Shown: piece after piece, positions 9,875-19,509 of the stretch | How positions within the stretch are numbered: position 1 is the stretch's first letter | How the letters are laid out: every line of letters starts with the position of its first letter | Origin: Candidatus Nanopelagicales bacterium | GTDB taxonomy: Bacteria > Actinomycetota > Actinomycetes > S36-B12 > CAIYMF01 | Direction: 5' to 3' | DNA length: 64,000 bases | NCBI GenBank assembly: GCA_046330715.1 | Contig: JAXLSG010000007.1 | Coordinates: 96,629 to 160,628, forward strand | Made by a program: the position numbers and the translations under genes | Notes under the pieces: generated by a model | Told to the model about the DNA's origin: nothing | The model's input: the letters and a program-made list of their open reading frames with translations, nothing else | Databases searched by the model: none

Positions 9875-11089
9875 GTGACCGATCACGACGTCGTCGTCGT
9901 GGGCGCCGGCCTGGCCGGGCTCGCGGCCGCGCGGCACCTCACCGACGCCGGGCTGGCGGTGCGGGTGCTCGAGGCGTCCGACGGGGTCGGCGGCCGGGTG
10001 CGCAGCGAGCGGATCGACGGCGTCACGGTCGACCGCGGCTTCCAGCTGCTGAACCCGGCGTACCCCGAGGCGCAGCGGGTGCTCGACCTCGAGGCGCTGC
10101 AGCTGCAGGCGTTCGAGCCGGGTGTGCTCCTCGCGACGCCGGACCGGCGCACGCTCGTCGTCGACCCTCGGCGCCGACCCTCGGCGCTGCTCGCGACCGC
10201 GCTGCACGCGCCGGGCTCGCGCGCCGAGCAGCTGCGCTTCGCGGCGTACGCCGCACGGGTGCTGCGCAGCGACCCGCGCGCGCTGCGCGACGCAGTCGAC
10301 TCCAGCGTCGGCGAGGCGTGGGCGCCGTTCGGCGGTCTCACGCGCGACGCGCTGGCGCCGTTCCTCACGGGCGTGCTGTTCGACGACTCCATGGGCACGA
10401 GCCGCCGGTTCGTCGACCTGCTGCTGCGCTCGTTCGTCCTCGGCACGCCGTCGGTGCCCGCGGCCGGCATGCAGGCGTTGCCCGACCAGCTCGCGCGCGG
10501 GCTCGAGGTCGAGCTCGGCCGTGCCGTGCGCTCCGTGACCGGCACGTCGGTCACGACCGACGACGGCACCGTCACGGCGCGCGCCGTCGTCGTCGCGACC
10601 GACCCGACGACGGCCGGCGAGCTGCTGCCCGGTCTCGACGTACCAGTCATGCGCAGCGGCACGACGTGGTGGCACCTCGCCGACGTCGCCGGCACGGAGC
10701 TCACCGGCGGGCGCGGCGTGCTCGTCCTCGACCCGCAGCGGCGCGGACCGGTCGTGAACAGCGTCGTGGTGAGCAACGCGGCCCCGTCGTACGCCGCCGG
10801 ATCCCGGGCCCTCGTCGCGACGACGGCCCTTGGCACCAACGTCGACGAGGACGACGTGCGCGCGCACCTCCCGCTGATGCACGGAGTCGACACGCGGCGC
10901 TGGGACACCGTCGCGGTGCACCGGATCGCGGCAACCGTCCCGGCGGTCGAGCCGGGCACGTCGCTGCGCCGGCCGGTGCGCCACGGCGACGTGTTCGTGG
11001 CGGGCGACCACCGCGACACCGCGTCGATCCAGGGCGCGCTCGTGTCGGGACGCAGAACCTCCGCGGCGGTGCTGGCGGCGCTCGCGTAG
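9875..11089 (+). CDS. FAD-dependent oxidoreductase (amine oxidase/protoporphyrinogen oxidase-like)
   Basis: VVGAGLAGL, EASDGVGGR, DRGFQ, AGDH..SIQGALVSG; GAGGAG RBS before GTG. Confidence 0.88.
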   Translation: MTDHDVVVVGAGLAGLAAARHLTDAGLAVRVLEASDGVGGRVRSERIDGVTVDRGFQLLNPAYPEAQRVLDLEALQLQAFEPGVLLATPDRRTLVVDPRRRPSALLATALHAPGSRAEQLRFAAYAARVLRSDPRALRDAVDSSVGEAWAPFGGLTRDALAPFLTGVLFDDSMGTSRRFVDLLLRSFVLGTPSVPAAGMQALPDQLARGLEVELGRAVRSVTGTSVTTDDGTVTARAVVVATDPTTAGELLPGLDVPVMRSGTTWWHLADVAGTELTGGRGVLVLDPQRRGPVVNSVVVSNAAPSYAAGSRALVATTALGTNVDEDDVRAHLPLMHGVDTRRWDTVAVHRIAATVPAVEPGTSLRRPVRHGDVFVAGDHRDTASIQGALVSGRRTSAAVLAALA

Positions 11090-11099
11090 GTTGGCGCGC

Positions 11100-11837
11100 A
11101 TGGCGACCCGACGCATCCTCGCGACCAGCGGAGGCTTCCTCGCGGCACCGAGCCGGCACGAGAACATCCGGCGTCCCGGAGGCCTGTTCCTCGAGTCCGT
11201 GAAGCTCACCGGCAAGGAGCGGCCGCGCGTGCTGTTCGTGATGACGGCGTCGGCCGACAACGCGCAGTACCTCGCGATGAGCTACCAGGCCTGCCGCGAC
11301 CTCTCGGTCGACCCCGACCACCTCGTCGTGTTCCCGTACCCGAACCAGACACCCGAGGAGGCCGTGGGCCAGGCCGATGTCGTGTGGGTCGGCGGCGGGT
11401 CGGTCGCGAACCTGCTGGCGCTGTGGCGCGTCCACGGCGTCGACGAGGCGCTGCGCGACGCCTGGGAGCGCGGGGTGGTCCTCGCCGGCGTGAGCGCGGG
11501 CTCGATCTGCTGGCACGTCGGCGGTACGACGGACTCGTTCGGCCTCGACCTGCGTCTGGTCACCGGCGGCCTCGGGCTGCTGCCGTACGGCAACGGCGTG
11601 CACTACGACAGCGAGGAGCAGCGTCGTCCGCTGCTGCAGTCGCTCGTCGCCGACGGGTCGTTGCCGCTGTCGTACTGCACCGACGACCGCGTCGGGATCC
11701 TCTACGAGGGCACCGACCCGGTCGAGGTCCTCACCGACTACCCCGTCGACCCGGCCATGGGGCCGGCGGCGTACCGCGTCGAGCGCGACGGCGACAGCGC
11801 GGTCGAGACCCGCCTCGCCCCCGGCCGCATCGCCTGA
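11100..11837 (+). CDS. Peptidase E (S51, class I GATase-like fold)
   Basis: VWVGGGSVANLL, AGVSAGS, HYDSEEQRR. Confidence 0.9.
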   Translation: MATRRILATSGGFLAAPSRHENIRRPGGLFLESVKLTGKERPRVLFVMTASADNAQYLAMSYQACRDLSVDPDHLVVFPYPNQTPEEAVGQADVVWVGGGSVANLLALWRVHGVDEALRDAWERGVVLAGVSAGSICWHVGGTTDSFGLDLRLVTGGLGLLPYGNGVHYDSEEQRRPLLQSLVADGSLPLSYCTDDRVGILYEGTDPVEVLTDYPVDPAMGPAAYRVERDGDSAVETRLAPGRIA

Positions 11838-11854
11838 CACCGCTGAGGAGCCTC

Positions 11855-12799
11855 GTGCGCCACCTCGACCTGCCCCTGCTCTCGTCGCGCCCCGTGCCCG
11901 CGATCGGCACCGGCGCGATGCCGCTGTCGGACCCGCGGGGCGGCCCCGACCCGATGGACCGCGATGCCGCGATCGCCGTGCTGCACCACGCGTTCGACGC
12001 CGGGCTCACGCTCGTCGACACGGCCGACATCTACGCGCCCGACGTCCAGCGCTTCGGGCACAACGAGGCGCTCGTCGGCGAGGCCGTGCGCGCCTGGTCG
12101 GGCGGTCGCGAGGGCGTCGTCGTCGTGACGAAGATCGGCATCACCCGGCGTCCGGGTGCCGACGAGGACGAGTGGGGTCGCGACGGCTCGCTCGACTACC
12201 TGCTCGCGGCCGCCGAGGCCAGCGTCGCGCGTCTCGGCTTCGAGCCGGACGCGATCCTGCTGCACCGGGTCAACCGCGAGCAGCAGCCGTTCGCGCAGAC
12301 CGTCGAGAACCTCCTGCAGGTGCGCGAGCGCGGCATCGCGCCGCGCGTCGGCATCGGCAACGTCCACCTCGACGAGGTCGAGACCGCGTGGGACGTCAGC
12401 GGCGGCACCATCGCCGCGATCGAGAACGAGCGCAGCCCTCGCTACCGCGACGACGCCGACATCGTCGGCTGGGCCGGAGACCACGGAGTCGCCTACCTCG
12501 CGTGGTCGCCCCTCGGCCAGGACCAGGCCCCGCGCCTCGGCGAGCTCTATCCGGAGTTCGCGGCCGTCGCCACCGAGCTCGCGTCGTCGCTCGGCCGCGA
12601 CGTCACGCCCCAGCAGGTCGCGCTGGCCTGGCTCTCGGCGTCGAGCTCCTCGCTGGTCCCGATCCCCGGCTTCACCCGCACCGCGACGGTCGACGCGAGC
12701 GCCGCGGCCGCCTACCTCGTCCTCTCCCCCGACCAGCTCGCCCGCCTCGACGCCAGCCCCGCCGGCCCCGGCTCGAAGTACCCCGACGCCGAGGACTGA
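11855..12799 (+). CDS. Aldo/keto reductase
   Basis: IGTGAMPLS, DTADIY, HNEALVG, VTKIG, LLHR, AWSPLG, PIPG; GAGGAG RBS. Confidence 0.9.
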   Translation: MRHLDLPLLSSRPVPAIGTGAMPLSDPRGGPDPMDRDAAIAVLHHAFDAGLTLVDTADIYAPDVQRFGHNEALVGEAVRAWSGGREGVVVVTKIGITRRPGADEDEWGRDGSLDYLLAAAEASVARLGFEPDAILLHRVNREQQPFAQTVENLLQVRERGIAPRVGIGNVHLDEVETAWDVSGGTIAAIENERSPRYRDDADIVGWAGDHGVAYLAWSPLGQDQAPRLGELYPEFAAVATELASSLGRDVTPQQVALAWLSASSSSLVPIPGFTRTATVDASAAAAYLVLSPDQLARLDASPAGPGSKYPDAED

Positions 12800-13000
12800 C
12801 CCCGACGTACCCCGCCGTCGACGCGTGATGAGCGCACTCTCTACCGTCCGCTGATCACCCCTCGACGACGTCCGACGGGCATCGTGACGTCGGCGACGCT
12901 CCGGGGCGCGGCTGTGGCGCTCCCAGCGCGGGGACGAGCGCGACAACGGGAGGTGGGCCGCCAGCTCCCGTCGTCGTACGCCGCATCGCCCGTGGCCGAC

Positions 13001-13112
13001 AGTCGGTGGGCGCCCAGCGAGGTCTAGAAGCCCCGCTCAACACCCATCGACCTGGCTCGTGAGTCGGTCGGTGCCGAGCGAGGTCTAGAAGCCACGCTCA
13101 ACACCCATCGAC
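13001..13112. repeat. Two ~51-bp direct repeats with a 61-bp period
   Basis: AGTCGGT(g/c)GG(c/t)GCC(c/g)AGCGAGGTCTAGAAGCC(c/a)CGCTCAACACCCATCGAC at 13001 and 13062. Confidence 0.9.
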
Positions 13113-13136
13113 TGCGAAGCGGGCGGCGTACGCCGC

Positions 13137-13191
13137 TTGGTCAGGGAAAGCCACCGGACTGCGACCGGATCCGGTGGGTTTCCCTGACCAA
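13137..13191. repeat. Inverted repeat with 22-bp arms (REP/MITE-like hairpin)
   Basis: TTGGTCAGGGAAAGCCACCGGA ... TCCGGTGGGTTTCCCTGACCAA, one mismatch. Confidence 0.85.
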
Positions 13192-13205
13192 CGCCGCGAC
13201 GGTCA

Positions 13206-13368
13206 CCCGACGACGGACGTCAGCCACCACCACCCGTCGTCGCGCCCTTCACCACGCTGGAAGCGCCACGCCCGCAGGCCGAGCGCGCTGGAAGCGCCGC
13301 CCGACGACGGGCGTCAGCCACCCACCTCCCCTCGTCGCGCCCTTCACCACGCTGGCAGCGCCACGCCC
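13206..13368. repeat. Two ~68-bp direct repeats
   Basis: CCCGACGACGG(a/g)CGTCAGCCACC...TCGTCGCGCCCTTCACCACGCTGG(a/c)AGCGCCACGCCC at 13206 and 13300. Confidence 0.85.
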
Positions 13369-13459
13369 ACCGCCAGCCACGGAGGACGCGGTCCGCGACG
13401 CGGTACGCCGGGAGCGGACGCGGGAGGCGGTCCGGGCGCCAGCACGTAGGCTTGACCCC

Positions 13460-14164
13460 GTGACGATCGCGGACCCGGCCCGGCCCGAGCTGCGGCCCGA
13501 CCCGCGGCCCGAGCTCCGGCTCGTGGGCTTCGGCGACGAGGCCGTGCCGTACCAGCAGGCGTGGGACCTCCAGCGCGAGGTGCACGCGGGCGTCGTCGAG
13601 GGATCGCTCCCCGACACGGTGCTGCTGCTCGAGCACCCGCCGACGTACACCGCGGGCAAGCGCACGCGTCCTGAGGACCGTCCGGTGGACGGCACGCCGG
13701 TGGTCGACGTCGACCGCGGCGGGCGCATCACCTGGCACGGCCCCGGCCAGCTCGTCGGCTACCCGATCGTGCGGCTCGCGGAGCCGATCGACGTCGTGGA
13801 GCACGTACGCCGGCTCGAGGCGATGCTCATGGACGTCTGCGCCGAGCTCGGTCTCGAGACGATGCGCGTCGATGACCGCTCCGGCGTCTGGGTCCGTGCC
13901 GACCTGCCGCTGGAGGGCACGCGCCCCGAGCGCAAGGTCGCGGCCATCGGCGTACGCGTGTCGCGCGGGGTCACGATGCACGGCTTCGCGCTCAACTGCG
14001 ACTGCGACCTCGCCTGGTTCGACCGGATCGTGCCGTGCGGCATCGCCGACGCCGGCGTCACGTCGCTGACCGCCGAGCTCGGGCGCACCGTCACCGTCCT
14101 CGACGTCCTGCCGATGGTGCAGGAGCGCCTCGCCGACGGGCTCGACCCCTGGAGCACCCGATGA
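13460..14164 (+). CDS. lipB: Lipoyl(octanoyl) transferase
   Basis: [48 protein letters not shown]. Confidence 0.96.
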   Translation: MTIADPARPELRPDPRPELRLVGFGDEAVPYQQAWDLQREVHAGVVEGSLPDTVLLLEHPPTYTAGKRTRPEDRPVDGTPVVDVDRGGRITWHGPGQLVGYPIVRLAEPIDVVEHVRRLEAMLMDVCAELGLETMRVDDRSGVWVRADLPLEGTRPERKVAAIGVRVSRGVTMHGFALNCDCDLAWFDRIVPCGIADAGVTSLTAELGRTVTVLDVLPMVQERLADGLDPWSTR

Positions 14165-15141
14165 CCGACGTCGTGTCCACCTCGTCCGACGGGCGGCGGA
14201 TGCTGCGGATCGAGGCGCGCAACGCCGAGGTCCCGATCGAGCGCAAGCCGCCGTGGATCAAGACCACGCTCAAGACCGGCCCCGAGTACACGCGCATCAC
14301 GAACCTGGTGAAGGGCGAGGGGCTGCACACGGTCTGCCAGGAGGCGGGCTGCCCCAACATCTACGAGTGCTGGGAGGACGCCGAGGCGACCTTCCTCATC
14401 GGCGGCAGCCAGTGCTCGCGGCGGTGCGACTTCTGCCAGATCGACACCGGCCGCCCCGACCCGCTCGACCGCGACGAGCCGCGCCGCGTCGCCGAGTCGG
14501 TGCGCACCATGGGTCTGAAGTACGCCACCGTCACCGGCGTCGCGCGCGACGACCTCGAGGACGAGGGCGCCTGGCTGTACGCCGAGACGGTGCGCCAGAT
14601 CCACGAGCTCAACCCGGGCACCGGCGTCGAGGTGCTCATCCCCGACTTCTCGGCCAACCCCGACCTGCTCGCGCAGGTGTTCGCTGCCGCCCCCGAGGTG
14701 CTCGCGCACAACCTCGAGACGGTGCCGCGGATCTTCAAGCGGATCCGCCCGGCGTTCCGGTACGAGCGGTCCCTCGACGTGATCACGCAGGCCCGCGCGG
14801 CGGGGCTGGTCACGAAGTCGAACCTCATCCTCGGGATGGGCGAGGAGATCGACGAGGTCGTCGCCGCGATGCACGACCTGCACGAGGCCGGCTGCGACCT
14901 GCTCACGATCACCCAGTACCTGCGGCCCTCCCCCAAGCACCACCCGGTCACCCGCTGGGTCAAGCCCGAGGAGTTCGTCGCCCTGGCCGAGGAGGCCACC
15001 CGGATCGGCTTCGCCGGCGTCATGAGCGGGCCGCTCGTGCGCTCGTCGTACCGGGCCAGACGCCTGCACCAGCAGGCCCTCGACGCCCGGGCCGCGGGCA
15101 CCGGCACCGCCGCGATCGTCACCGGCGGGGCGCAGGCCTGA
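14161..15141 (+). CDS. lipA: Lipoyl synthase
   Basis: [20 protein letters not shown] and RSSY motifs; ATGA overlap with the lipB stop. Confidence 0.97.
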   Translation: MTDVVSTSSDGRRMLRIEARNAEVPIERKPPWIKTTLKTGPEYTRITNLVKGEGLHTVCQEAGCPNIYECWEDAEATFLIGGSQCSRRCDFCQIDTGRPDPLDRDEPRRVAESVRTMGLKYATVTGVARDDLEDEGAWLYAETVRQIHELNPGTGVEVLIPDFSANPDLLAQVFAAAPEVLAHNLETVPRIFKRIRPAFRYERSLDVITQARAAGLVTKSNLILGMGEEIDEVVAAMHDLHEAGCDLLTITQYLRPSPKHHPVTRWVKPEEFVALAEEATRIGFAGVMSGPLVRSSYRARRLHQQALDARAAGTGTAAIVTGGAQA

Positions 15142-15196
15142 CCCGCCGGGCCAGGTAGGCTGAGGCCCTCGATCCCCGGCATCGGAGCACCCACCC

Positions 15197-15871
15197 GTGA
15201 GCACCAACGCGCCCGCCACCTCGCGTGGCCGCCTCGCGCAGATCCGCGAGACCTACCGGCTGACCCGCAAGGCCGACCCGCGCATCGGGCTGATCCTCGC
15301 CGGCATCTTCGTGGGCGTCGTCGCGCTCTTCGTCGTCGTGGCCCTGCTGCTCAAGCAGTCGGTCTGGTTCTGGGGCTTCATCGGGATCATGTTCGCGATC
15401 CTGGCGGTCACGTTCGTGTTCGGCCGTCGGGCCGAGAAGGCGGCGTACGCCCAGGTCGAGGGCCAGCCCGGCGCCGCGGCGTCGGTGCTCAACGCGCTGC
15501 GCAGCGGCTGGTTCACCACCCCCGCGGTCGCGGTCACCAAGAACCAGGACTTCGTCCACCGCGTGATCGGCCGCCCCGGCGTGATCCTCGTGTCGGAGGC
15601 GCCGCCCTCGCGCGCGCCGCAGCTGCTCGCCAACGAGAAGAAGCGCACCGCGCGCTTCGTCGGCGAGACGCCGATCTACGAGATCCAGGCGGGCGACGGC
15701 GAGGGCCAGGTGCCGCTGCGCAAGCTGCAGGGCGCCGTCATGAAGCTGCCGCGCAACCTCAAGCCCGCCGAGGTCAGCGCGCTGCGCAAGCGCCTCGACG
15801 CCCTCACCGCGACGCCGCTGCCGATCCCCAAGGGCCCGCTGCCCAAGGGCACCAAGATCCCGCGCGCCTGA
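15197..15871 (+). CDS. DUF4191-family membrane protein
   Basis: Two TMs, QVEGQPGAAA, ending PIPKGPLP; conserved position between lipA and glnA. Confidence 0.88.
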   Translation: MSTNAPATSRGRLAQIRETYRLTRKADPRIGLILAGIFVGVVALFVVVALLLKQSVWFWGFIGIMFAILAVTFVFGRRAEKAAYAQVEGQPGAAASVLNALRSGWFTTPAVAVTKNQDFVHRVIGRPGVILVSEAPPSRAPQLLANEKKRTARFVGETPIYEIQAGDGEGQVPLRKLQGAVMKLPRNLKPAEVSALRKRLDALTATPLPIPKGPLPKGTKIPRA

Positions 15872-15878
15872 CGCCTGC

Positions 15879-16064
15879 ATGACCGCGCTGCCGCGCATCG
15901 GAGCGCCCGCCACGCGCGCTCTCGCGTCGGTCGGCATCACGTCGCTCGACGACGTCGCCGGGCACAGCGCCGCGGACCTGCTCGCCCTGCACGGCGTCGG
16001 TCCGCGGGCGATCCGCATCCTCACCGAGGCGCTGGCCGAGGCCGGGTTCGCCCCGTTGCGCTGA
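15879..16064 (+). CDS. Small helix-hairpin-helix DNA-binding protein (RNAP alpha-CTD-like)
   Basis: IGAPATRAL..GITSL..LLALHGVGPRAIRIL. Confidence 0.8.
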   Translation: MTALPRIGAPATRALASVGITSLDDVAGHSAADLLALHGVGPRAIRILTEALAEAGFAPLR

Positions 16065-16092
16065 TCCCCGGGCGCGTCGTACGACGAGTTGC

Positions 16093-16123
16093 TTGACTCT
16101 CGGGTCGGTGGAGACCTCACGCT
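16093..16123 (+). promoter_or_regulatory. MerR-type promoter with 19-bp spacer and operator dyad
   Basis: TTGACT-19 nt-CACGCT, with a TCTC...GAGA dyad in the spacer, directly before the MerR gene. Confidence 0.7.
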
Positions 16124-16131
16124 CTCGAAGC

Positions 16132-16980
16132 ATGGGAGGTACGACGTTGGTCCGGTCGGACGACCTGCTCAGCATCGGCGAGCTGGCGCGTCTGTCGGGC
16201 CTGTCCATCGGCGCGCTGCGCCACTACGACGCCGTGGGGATCCTCGTGCCGGCGCACGTGGACCCCGCGACGTCCTACCGCCGTTACCGCCGGGCGCAGG
16301 TCGAGACCGCGCGCACGGTGGGCATGCTCCGCGATCTCGAGCTTCCGCTCGAGGAGATCCGGGAGCTGATGGCGGCGGACGACGCACGCGTACGTCGCGA
16401 GGTGCTGGTGCGCCACCGCGACCGGATCACCGCACGTGCCACCCGGCTGCACCGCGTCATCCACCAGCTCGGGCACCTCATCGACCCGGGCCTCACGCAC
16501 GAGGAGCACGACATGACCGCCACGACGACCGAGGACCTCGACCCGCAGACCCAGCGCTCGCTGGCCGCCGCGCTGTTCAACCGCGTGTGGGAGCTGCTCG
16601 AGAAGTCCGACCGCACGGGCGACGACGACCAGGAGATGGTCAACGCCGCGCACGCCAGCCGCTACCACTGGACCGGCATCGGCGGCCCGAAGGAGAAGGC
16701 GATCGGCGACTGGCAGATCAGCCGCGTGTATGCCGTGCTCGGTCGCGGCGAGCCGGCCGTGCACCACGCTCGGCTCTGCCTCGCGAGCGCGACGCAGGTC
16801 GACGGCGAGGAGTGGCTGCTGGCCTCGGCGTACGAGGGGCTCGCCCGCGCCTACGCCGTCGCCGGCGATACCGCGGCCGCGTCGGAGTGGAAGGCGAAGG
16901 CCGTGGCGCGCCTCGCCGAGGTCACCGACGCCGACGACCGCGAGATCGTCCAGAACGACATCGACACCCTGCCCGTCTGA
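16132..16980 (+). CDS. MerR-family regulator with a helical C-terminal domain (start ATG 16132 or TTG 16147)
   Basis: [31 protein letters not shown]; C-domain [24 protein letters not shown]. Confidence 0.88.
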   Translation: MGGTTLVRSDDLLSIGELARLSGLSIGALRHYDAVGILVPAHVDPATSYRRYRRAQVETARTVGMLRDLELPLEEIRELMAADDARVRREVLVRHRDRITARATRLHRVIHQLGHLIDPGLTHEEHDMTATTTEDLDPQTQRSLAAALFNRVWELLEKSDRTGDDDQEMVNAAHASRYHWTGIGGPKEKAIGDWQISRVYAVLGRGEPAVHHARLCLASATQVDGEEWLLASAYEGLARAYAVAGDTAAASEWKAKAVARLAEVTDADDREIVQNDIDTLPV

Positions 16981-16988
16981 CGCCTCGC

Positions 16989-17032
16989 GACCCCGCGGGA
17001 TGCGGCATCACCACGCCGGATCCCGTGGGGTC
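16989..17032. terminator. Hairpin between the convergent MerR and RDD genes
   Basis: GACCCCGCGGGAT ... ATCCCGTGGGGTC inverted repeat. Confidence 0.55.
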
Positions 17033-17549
17033 AGCGGCGTACGAGGACCGTGCCCATCGAGCGGTCGTGCAGGCCGCGGGTGTCCTTGTCCCAGATGAGC
17101 GGCGGCACGAGCAGACAGATCTGCAGGCTGCGCGCGAACGCACGCAGGAAGCCGGCGCGACCGCCGTCGAGGCGTACGACGCCGAGCCCGAGGATCCGGT
17201 GCCCGAACGAGGCGCCCGCGATCCAGGTGAAGAGCGTGAGCTCGGCGAGGAAGAAGCCCATCGTCGCGAAGCTCGACGTGGGCGTGCCGTAGTCGATGTG
17301 CGGCAGGAACAGGCGCACGAGCAGCAGGCACGCGATCCAGTCGACGAGCAGGGCGAGCACGCGCCGCCCCCAGCCCGCGATCGAGCCGGGGCCGTCGGCC
17401 GGGAGCCCGAGGCGCTGGCCCGGGAAGTCCTGCGTCGGCGGGAGGTTGGAGCCCGGTCCCGACAGCCACGAGCCGAGGTCCTCGCGCGTGATGCGCGGCC
17501 GCTCCGCGGCGGGCTCCGCGGCAGGCTCGGCGTCGGGCTTCTCGGTCAC
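17031..17549 (-). CDS. RDD-family membrane protein
   Basis: [27 protein letters not shown], ending RGLHDR; divergent from glnA as in other actinobacteria. Confidence 0.9.
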   Translation of the reverse strand: MTEKPDAEPAAEPAAERPRITREDLGSWLSGPGSNLPPTQDFPGQRLGLPADGPGSIAGWGRRVLALLVDWIACLLLVRLFLPHIDYGTPTSSFATMGFFLAELTLFTWIAGASFGHRILGLGVVRLDGGRAGFLRAFARSLQICLLVPPLIWDKDTRGLHDRSMGTVLVRR

Positions 17550-17638
17550 GGCACCAGGCTAGGCGAGCCGGCGTACGCCGCACGGCCGGGACCCCATCCG
17601 TCACTCGCGTCACATCGGGCACCCCGCCGTCACAGACG

Positions 17639-17692
17639 GAAACACACGCGAAACAATCGGGACACCGCCGGGAAATCCCCGACGCCTAGGTT
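17639..17692 (+). promoter_or_regulatory. GlnR-box array and -10 of the glnA promoter
   Basis: GAAAC-N6-GAAAC-N6-GACAC-N6-GAAAT, then TAGGTT at 17687; same layout as the Streptomyces glnA promoter. Confidence 0.8.
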
Positions 17693-17774
17693 CCCCATCA
17701 GCACCGCGACGAGCCCGTCGCGGGTCACGCGAGGCGATGCGACGGCCCTGGCCGTGAGCACGCGAGGAGGATGG

Positions 17775-19199
17775 ATGTTCACGAGCGCGGAGGAAGTTCT
17801 CCGGTTCATCCAGGAGGAGGACGTCAAGTTCATCGACGTCCGGTTCTGCGACCTGCCCGGCGTCATGCAGCACTTCAATGTGCCCGCCGCGCACGTCGAC
17901 GAGGCCCTGTTCACCGACGGGCAGATGTTCGACGGTTCGTCCATCCGTGGCTTCCAGGCGATCCACGAGTCGGACATGAAGATCATCCCCGACGTCACGA
18001 CCGCCTTCATCGACCCGTACCGCGCGGAGAAGACGCTCGTCATCAACTTCTCGATCCGCGACCCGTTCACCAACGAGCCGTACTCCCGCGACCCGCGCCA
18101 GATCGCCGCGAAGGCGGAGGCGTACCTCGCGACGACGGGCATCGCCGACACCGCGTTCTTCGCGCCGGAGGCGGAGTTCTACATCTTCGACGACGTGCGC
18201 TTCAAGACCGCTCAGAACGAGGGCTTCTACCACATCGACTCCATCGAGGGCGCCTGGAACACCGGCCGCTCCGAGGACGGCGGCAACCGCGGCTACAAGC
18301 CCCGCTACAAGGGCGGCTACTTCCCCGTCGCGCCGGTCGACCACCTCGCCGACCTCCGCGACAAGATGGTCCTCGACCTCGAGCAGGTCGGCCTCGAGGT
18401 CGAGCGCGCGCACCACGAGGTGGGCACCGCGGGCCAGCAGGAGATCAACTACCGCTTCGACACCCTGCTCAAGGCCGCCGACGACGTCATGAAGTTCAAG
18501 TACGTCATCAAGAACACCGCGTGGGCCGCGGGCAAGACCGTCACCTTCATGCCGAAGCCGCTCTTCGGCGACAACGGCTCGGGCATGCACGTGCACCAGT
18601 CGCTGTGGAAGGACGGCTCGCCGCTGTTCTACGACGAGCTCGGGTACGGCGGTCTCTCCGACATGGCGCGCTGGTACATCGGCGGTCTGCTCAAGCACGC
18701 GCCGTCGCTGCTCGCCTTCACCAACCCGACGGTGAACAGCTACCACCGCCTGGTGCCGGGCTACGAGGCGCCGGTCAACCTGGTCTACAGCCAGCGCAAC
18801 CGCTCGGCCTGCATCCGCATCCCGATCACCGGCGCGAACCCGAAGGCCAAGCGCATCGAGTTCCGCTGCCCCGACCCGTCGAGCAACCCCTACCTCGCCT
18901 TCTCGGCGATGCTGATGGCCGGCCTCGACGGCATCAAGAACAAGATCGAGCCGCCGCAGCCGGTCGACAAGGACCTCTACGAGCTCCCGCCGGACGAGGC
19001 CGCCTCAATCCCGCAGGTGCCCGCGTCGCTCGGCGAGGTCCTCGACGCGCTCGAGGCCGACCACGACTACCTGCTCGAGGGCGGCGTCTTCACGCCCGAC
19101 CTCATCGAGACGTGGATCGCCTACAAGCGCAGCGCCGAGATCGACCCGATCCGTCTGCGCCCGCACCCGCACGAGTTCGAGCTCTACTACGACATCTGA
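17775..19199 (+). CDS. glnA: Glutamine synthetase type I (GSI-beta)
   Basis: [33 protein letters not shown] and the adenylylation site KDLYELP; GGAGG RBS. Confidence 0.98.
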   Translation: MFTSAEEVLRFIQEEDVKFIDVRFCDLPGVMQHFNVPAAHVDEALFTDGQMFDGSSIRGFQAIHESDMKIIPDVTTAFIDPYRAEKTLVINFSIRDPFTNEPYSRDPRQIAAKAEAYLATTGIADTAFFAPEAEFYIFDDVRFKTAQNEGFYHIDSIEGAWNTGRSEDGGNRGYKPRYKGGYFPVAPVDHLADLRDKMVLDLEQVGLEVERAHHEVGTAGQQEINYRFDTLLKAADDVMKFKYVIKNTAWAAGKTVTFMPKPLFGDNGSGMHVHQSLWKDGSPLFYDELGYGGLSDMARWYIGGLLKHAPSLLAFTNPTVNSYHRLVPGYEAPVNLVYSQRNRSACIRIPITGANPKAKRIEFRCPDPSSNPYLAFSAMLMAGLDGIKNKIEPPQPVDKDLYELPPDEAASIPQVPASLGEVLDALEADHDYLLEGGVFTPDLIETWIAYKRSAEIDPIRLRPHPHEFELYYDI

Positions 19200-19210
19200 G
19201 CCCACCGCTC

Positions 19211-19250
19211 ACGACGAAGGCCCGTCCCGGAAGGGGCGGGCCTTCGTCGT
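19211..19250. terminator. Intrinsic, probably bidirectional terminator after glnA
   Basis: ACGACGAAGGCCCGTCCC-GGAA-GGGGCGGGCCTTCGTCGT. Confidence 0.85.
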
Positions 19251-19263
19251 CGCAGAACAGCGC

Positions 19264-19509
19264 TCAGGCCATCGAGAGGAAGAGCTTCTGCAGCTGCGCC
19301 GTCACCGCCTCGCTGTCCTTCGGTGCAGCCACGATGCACTCCTGGAGCGTCGTCGCGATCAACTGGAACGCGGCACGGTCCACCGCCTTGCTCGACGCCG
19401 ACAGCAGCAGGACGACGTCGGAGCAGGCCCTGCCCTCCTCGAGCATCGAGATCGCCCCGCCGAGCTGTCCTTGGGCGCGCTTGAGACGGTTGATCACCGC
19501 GCGCACCAC
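19264..19509 (-). CDS. CsoR/RcnR-family repressor (Cys/Cys, no His; CstR-like), probably 5'-clipped
   Basis: VINRLKRAQGQL..MLEEGRACSDV..SKAVDRA..LQEC..KLFLSMA. No clear RBS, and the upstream ORF overlaps its 5' end. Confidence 0.85.
   Translation of the reverse strand: MVRAVINRLKRAQGQLGGAISMLEEGRACSDVVLLLSASSKAVDRAAFQLIATTLQECIVAAPKDSEAVTAQLQKLFLSMA

Noticed and set aside
13001-13112. Mini CRISPR array (61-bp period)
   Set aside because: Only two units, the would-be spacers resemble each other, and there is no leader or cas gene. Treated as a tandem duplication.
16089-19199. 1036-aa ORF suggesting a long N-terminal extension of GlnA
   Set aside because: The upstream part is an off-frame GC-rich shadow over the MerR and RDD genes. 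The GlnR boxes, -10 and RBS place the start at 17775.
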